A stretch of 64,000 nt of DNA from positions 92,565 to 156,564 of the forward strand of contig JAHILH010000001.1 in the NCBI GenBank assembly GCA_018897195.1. The letters run 5' to 3'. Numbering within the stretch: the stretch's first letter is position 1; each line of letters starts with the position of its first letter. A model generated the notes under the pieces. That model searched no databases, was not told the origin of the DNA, and worked only from the letters and a program-made list of their open reading frames with translations. The stretch is from Patescibacteria group bacterium. Its GTDB lineage: Bacteria > Patescibacteriota > Patescibacteriia > Patescibacteriales > UBA12075. Below are positions 60,201 through 64,000 of this stretch, piece by piece. The translations under genes and the position numbers were made by a program.

Positions 60201-61541
60201 ATGTATATAAATAATTATAAAGATTTAGCCACAAATGAATTGCGGGACACAGTTTTGGAGATGATTGAGGCCGGCTTGCGCAGAGTGGAGCCACATAATA
60301 TGATTCGCGATGCTGTTCAGTATAATGATGATTTTAACTCCGTCATAGTTCATCATAGTCCACATGATATGTTGAGAGGACGAATTTTTATTATCGGTGG
60401 TGGCAAGGCGGTTGGGAATATGGCTGAAGAGTTGGAAAAAATAATTGGTGTTGAGCATATAACCGCTGGCGTGGTTAATTGTAAAACTGGTGGCTATAAT
60501 TTAAAAAAAATAAAATTAAATGAAGCGGGACATCCTTTGCCCGATAAACGAGGCGTAAAAGGTGTTGAGGAAATATTAAAATTGAAAACTGATTACGAAA
60601 TTGGTGCGAAGGACTTGGTGATTAATTTATTATCGGGCGGCGGATCAGCTTTGTTGCCCGCCCCGGTTGATGGCGTTAGTCTAAATGATAAACAGAATAT
60701 CACAAGAGCCTTGCTTGATAGTGGTGCTGATATTCGCGATGTGAATATCGTGCGAAAGCACTTGTCAAAAGTGAAAGGTGGACAACTAGGCGCCTATTTT
60801 CATCCTGCCAAAGTTGTGACTTTGATAATCTCTGATGTGGCTAGAAATAATTTGGCTTCAGTGGCTTCTGGTCCGGCGATTCCAGATAATTCCACATTTG
60901 AACAGGCGCGCAATATATTGAAATATGGTCTTTGGGATACGGCACCAGCTGGCGTGCGAAATTATATTGACAGAGGAGTGGCTGGTCAGGAAAAAGAAAC
61001 GCCAAAAGTTTTGGAAAATTGTTTTAACTATTTAATTGGCTCAACAGCGGTTATTCTAGAGGCGATTGCGATTGCAGCTAGAGAGTTTGGTTATAATCCA
61101 ATAATTATTTCTGACGAGGTGTCTGGGAACTCGGTTGAGGTTGCCAAGGATATTGCGAAGACAATTGTTAGTGAGCAATATGCTGATTATAACGTTTTAC
61201 TCTTTGGAGGTGAGACAAGCTATCAATCCGTTGGTGATAAGTCAGTCGGTAGAAATCAACAATTTGTAGCACAGATGATTTTGGAATTAAAAAATGCACC
61301 AGGAGAGTGGGTAGTTGCTAGCTTTGACTCCGATGGTATTGATTATTTATCAAAAACAGCCGGAGCGATTGCTGATAATCAAACACTGGAAAGAATAAAT
61401 AAAACGGGAGTTAATATGATGGAAATAATTAGTAATAATGACACGGAAAAAGTTTTTGAAAAATTAAAAAATGTTTTGATACTTACAGGTGATACTAAGA
61501 CAAATGTAGGAGACGTAATGATTTTTTTGAGAAAGAAGTAA
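60201..61541 (+). CDS. Glycerate kinase type 2 (DUF4147/MOFRL)
   Basis: GGGKA, HPLPD, SGGGSAL, RKHLSKVKGG, GGET, GRNQ and TNVGD motifs. Confidence 0.92.
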   Translation: MYINNYKDLATNELRDTVLEMIEAGLRRVEPHNMIRDAVQYNDDFNSVIVHHSPHDMLRGRIFIIGGGKAVGNMAEELEKIIGVEHITAGVVNCKTGGYNLKKIKLNEAGHPLPDKRGVKGVEEILKLKTDYEIGAKDLVINLLSGGGSALLPAPVDGVSLNDKQNITRALLDSGADIRDVNIVRKHLSKVKGGQLGAYFHPAKVVTLIISDVARNNLASVASGPAIPDNSTFEQARNILKYGLWDTAPAGVRNYIDRGVAGQEKETPKVLENCFNYLIGSTAVILEAIAIAAREFGYNPIIISDEVSGNSVEVAKDIAKTIVSEQYADYNVLLFGGETSYQSVGDKSVGRNQQFVAQMILELKNAPGEWVVASFDSDGIDYLSKTAGAIADNQTLERINKTGVNMMEIISNNDTEKVFEKLKNVLILTGDTKTNVGDVMIFLRKK

Positions 61542-61588
61542 TATTATCGTGATACCTCTCCTGCGCTAAGGCTACGGCGTAGCGAAGC

Positions 61589-61636
61589 AAGATAAATGTC
61601 GGAGATGTGATGGTATTTTTGAGGAAGAAAAATTAA
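61589..61636 (+). pseudogene. Diverged duplicate of the glycerate kinase 3' end
   Basis: Reads KINVGDVMVFLRKKN* versus the gene end KTNVGDVMIFLRKK*; most changes are at third codon positions. Confidence 0.8.
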
Positions 61637-62055
61637 TACAAACCTGTCGCATTGGCGACAGTGCCTATAAAAAACTTGGCAATGCCAAAAGAGGCCATAA
61701 TTAAAAATGTGCCAACAATTGTGCCCCACATCATTTTTTTGGCCTGACTAATTGTGTCCTCATTGCCACTGGACAGTAATATTTTGAAGCCGGCTAACAT
61801 GAACATGACAACAGTTGTAATGCCAATAAAGCCCATGGCGATATTTATCATGTTGGTAACCACAGTGACAGGACTAAAATCTCCTAAGCCGGTACTGTTA
61901 GAAAATTCTTGTTGCTGCCCATTCCAAAATATTTCATTCAACTTAGGGCTTTCCCTCCATACATCTTGATCTATTTGAGCCTGAACGCTAATTCCGATTA
62001 GGAGAGAGAGCAATAGGCAAGTGGTGATTATTATTCCTTTTTTGCGTATATTCAT
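61633..62055 (-). CDS. CPR-type pilin (TrbC/VirB2-like)
   Basis: Signal peptide; two TM helices with AGF..L.S.GNE....AK..M...IVG motif. Confidence 0.75.
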   Translation of the reverse strand: MNIRKKGIIITTCLLLSLLIGISVQAQIDQDVWRESPKLNEIFWNGQQQEFSNSTGLGDFSPVTVVTNMINIAMGFIGITTVVMFMLAGFKILLSSGNEDTISQAKKMMWGTIVGTFLIMASFGIAKFFIGTVANATGLY

Positions 62056-62139
62056 GCTTTAATTTTATTATATATATAGCAGTTGTCAATGTGGACAAGT
62101 CTGATAAAAAGTGGCTAACTGTAGTGAATATAATCATCT

Positions 62140-62997
62140 ATGCCCGGTAAATTATATAAAATATTAATACCGCTCGGATTGATGACTATTGGCCTGTTTA
62201 TATCTTTATATTGGCTAAGTTCGCATGAAGCCAAACAGCTTAAAGTCTCTTTTTTAGACGTGGGGCAAGGGGATTCAGTGTTAATTCAAACGCCCTATGG
62301 GCAGAATATTTTAATCGATGGCGGACCAGATGACTCGGTGACCTATGGCTTGTCAAAAAATTTACCTTGGTGGGATCGCACGATAGACTTGATGATTTTG
62401 ACTCATCCTCATGACGACCATGTGAGTGGTTTGCTTGATGTTATTAAAAGATATAATGTCAAAAAAATTGCCTATACGGGTGTTGCGCATGGTTCACCAA
62501 ATTATCTCGCCTGGATAAAGCTGGTGCGGAACAAAAAGATTCCAATTGTTATTATTGACCAACCGCGTAAAATAGTCTTGGGTGATGAATGTTATTTGGA
62601 CGTGCTTTATCCGATGGATAGTTTGTTGAACAATGAAGTGGACAATATTAATAATAGCTCAATTGTTGCAAAATTAGTTTACAAAAATATTAAATTTTTA
62701 TTAACTGGTGATATTGAAAAAGCGGTAGAGGTAAAATTGCTAGCCAACAACACTGATATCTCTGCGCATATTTTAAAACTAGCCCATCATGGCTCAGACA
62801 CATCTAGTGCGGAAGATTTTTTAACAAAAGTAAATCCAGACATTGCCGTAATTTCAGTCGGCAAAAATAACACATTCGGCCATCCAGGCGGACGGATTAT
62901 TAATCGAATAGAGAGAATAGGGAAGAGAATTTTTCGGACGGACTTGGATGGGGAGGTGGATTTTGTGAGTGATGGGGTGAGAGTTTATAAGGAGTGA
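62140..62997 (+). CDS. ComEC/Rec2-like metallo-beta-lactamase-fold protein
   Basis: LDVGQGDS, THPHDDH, LTGD, HHGS and FGHP motifs. Confidence 0.92.
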   Translation: MPGKLYKILIPLGLMTIGLFISLYWLSSHEAKQLKVSFLDVGQGDSVLIQTPYGQNILIDGGPDDSVTYGLSKNLPWWDRTIDLMILTHPHDDHVSGLLDVIKRYNVKKIAYTGVAHGSPNYLAWIKLVRNKKIPIVIIDQPRKIVLGDECYLDVLYPMDSLLNNEVDNINNSSIVAKLVYKNIKFLLTGDIEKAVEVKLLANNTDISAHILKLAHHGSDTSSAEDFLTKVNPDIAVISVGKNNTFGHPGGRIINRIERIGKRIFRTDLDGEVDFVSDGVRVYKE

Positions 62998-63016
62998 AGA
63001 AAATAATCTGAAAATG

Positions 63017-63048
63017 AAAAAGCCTCGATGCGTGACGCTCGAGGCTTT
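63017..63048. terminator. Bidirectional terminator
   Basis: AAAGCCTCGA/TCGAGGCTTT between convergent genes. Confidence 0.75.
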
Positions 63049-63061
63049 GTTTGATGATTTT

Positions 63062-63436
63062 TTAAATATCGGAGATCTCGAATAACTCTATTTCGAGAGG
63101 TACAGATTTTTTAAAACAAGTGAGAAATACTTCTTGATGTTTTTTGCGACTGCGGGCGGGGACAGAGATGGTTCCAATGGTATCATTCTGACTGAATTTC
63201 AGTTCAAATCCACCGTCGGAGTGTTGCAAGGTTTTAGTTTCGCACACTTGCAATTCTTTTTTTTCATTTCCCTTAAGGAGTAAGTATGTCCCGTTGTTGC
63301 CAAATAGAAAAAAGATTTCGTTGTCGTTGGGGTTTTTTGCTAAAAACTTGGGCAACAAATCAGTTTTTGGTTGCCCGGAAACAACGTAAATTCCTTTATC
63401 AATTTTTACTCCGTATTTTTTTCCATAATTTTTCAT
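63062..63436 (-). CDS. Hypothetical protein (SD-led)
   Basis: AAGGAG SD; own minus-strand promoter. Confidence 0.6.
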   Translation of the reverse strand: MKNYGKKYGVKIDKGIYVVSGQPKTDLLPKFLAKNPNDNEIFFLFGNNGTYLLLKGNEKKELQVCETKTLQHSDGGFELKFSQNDTIGTISVPARSRKKHQEVFLTCFKKSVPLEIELFEISDI

Positions 63437-63584
63437 CTTCTTCTCCTTTTATTGTTGGTTTGGCGCAATGTTTGTATATAAGAACAATATTGCATAATAG
63501 TATATAAAATTGTATTTGTCAAGTGTTGAATTTCTATAAAAAAACACACCTCCGCTCTTTTTTGAGTGGAGGTGTTTCGTGTTA

Positions 63585-63998
63585 TTATTTTTTTAATTTC
63601 TTGTTGAAATTAGTGCGGAAGCCGTCGCGCACGGAGGCATATTGATCAACCGACATTGACTCAAACTCTCGATAGGCTCTTTTCTGTGTAGGATCATTAA
63701 TTGCTTCAATCGTAGCAATAATAATATTTGCAGGAAAACCTATGTATGTTTGTGGATTGAGAAATGTATCCGCAATCGCGCCAACCGTATTTCTGAGATT
63801 TGTCGGCCCGAAGATTGGCCAGGTAATAGCTGGCCCTTCGGGTATTCCATTTTTAGCCAAACCCTGTGACACGTTTTCATCGTCGAATTTGTCATCTGGG
63901 GTATAAATATCTACCGTACACAAAGTGACCAAGTTAAATATTGACCAGAAATCAACGATAGCCTTTTCCACCTTCAATTGCATCAAGTCACCAACAAC
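63585..63998 (-). CDS. MlaA/VacJ-like protein, C-terminal part (5' truncated by the window)
   Basis: ENVSQGLAKNGIPEGPAITWPIFGPTNLRN and SVDQYASVRD match the VacJ patterns EDFGQTLG.WG...GPY..LP..GPST.RD and S.D.Y...R.AY; the frame is open to the window end. Confidence 0.7.
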   Translation of the reverse strand, partial: VVGDLMQLKVEKAIVDFWSIFNLVTLCTVDIYTPDDKFDDENVSQGLAKNGIPEGPAITWPIFGPTNLRNTVGAIADTFLNPQTYIGFPANIIIATIEAINDPTQKRAYREFESMSVDQYASVRDGFRTNFNKKLKK

Positions 63999-64000
63999 GC

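Noticed and set aside
1..64000. Alternative genetic code (UGA=Gly)
   Set aside because: Conserved genes are full length under code 11, and TGA ends genes normally (e.g. 62997).

Overview
64 kb of an AT-rich bacterial chromosome (translation table 11). It is most likely from a Patescibacteria/CPR (Parcubacteria/ABY1-like) organism; this is inferred from the shortened HrcA, TsaB and MetG, the CPR-type pilin, the reduced dcw cluster and the SD-less core genes. The core content is: a surface-glycosylation cluster; mraZ-rsmH-ftsL-ftsI-murF; greA; an IscR/IscU/NifU/IscS Fe-S locus; rsmI-metG; tRNA-Gln; mreBCD-mrdA; a CIRCE-controlled hrcA-grpE-hsp20-dnaK-dnaJ operon; a GldA/F/G-like ABC transporter; glyQS; glycerate kinase; a pilin; and a ComEC-type MBL protein. 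Interspersed are stand-alone genes with strong SD sequences, including lysA, a dapL-like aminotransferase, dapB, large purL, purM and an MlaA-like gene. The most interesting signals are non-coding: (1) a complete but miniature glycyl T-box with a GGC specifier in an ultrashort stem I; (2) a duplicated RNA motif with swapped internal hairpins in a long mraZ leader; (3) five ~160-190 bp CGTC/dRS3-like hairpin-doublet elements placed between operon genes; (4) a recurring promoter-boxA-SD grammar on the accessory genes; (5) an antisense mini-ORF/sRNA unit inside the Fe-S locus; (6) a synonymously diverged duplicate gene 3' end. All calls come from reading the sequence by eye, and no database searches were run.
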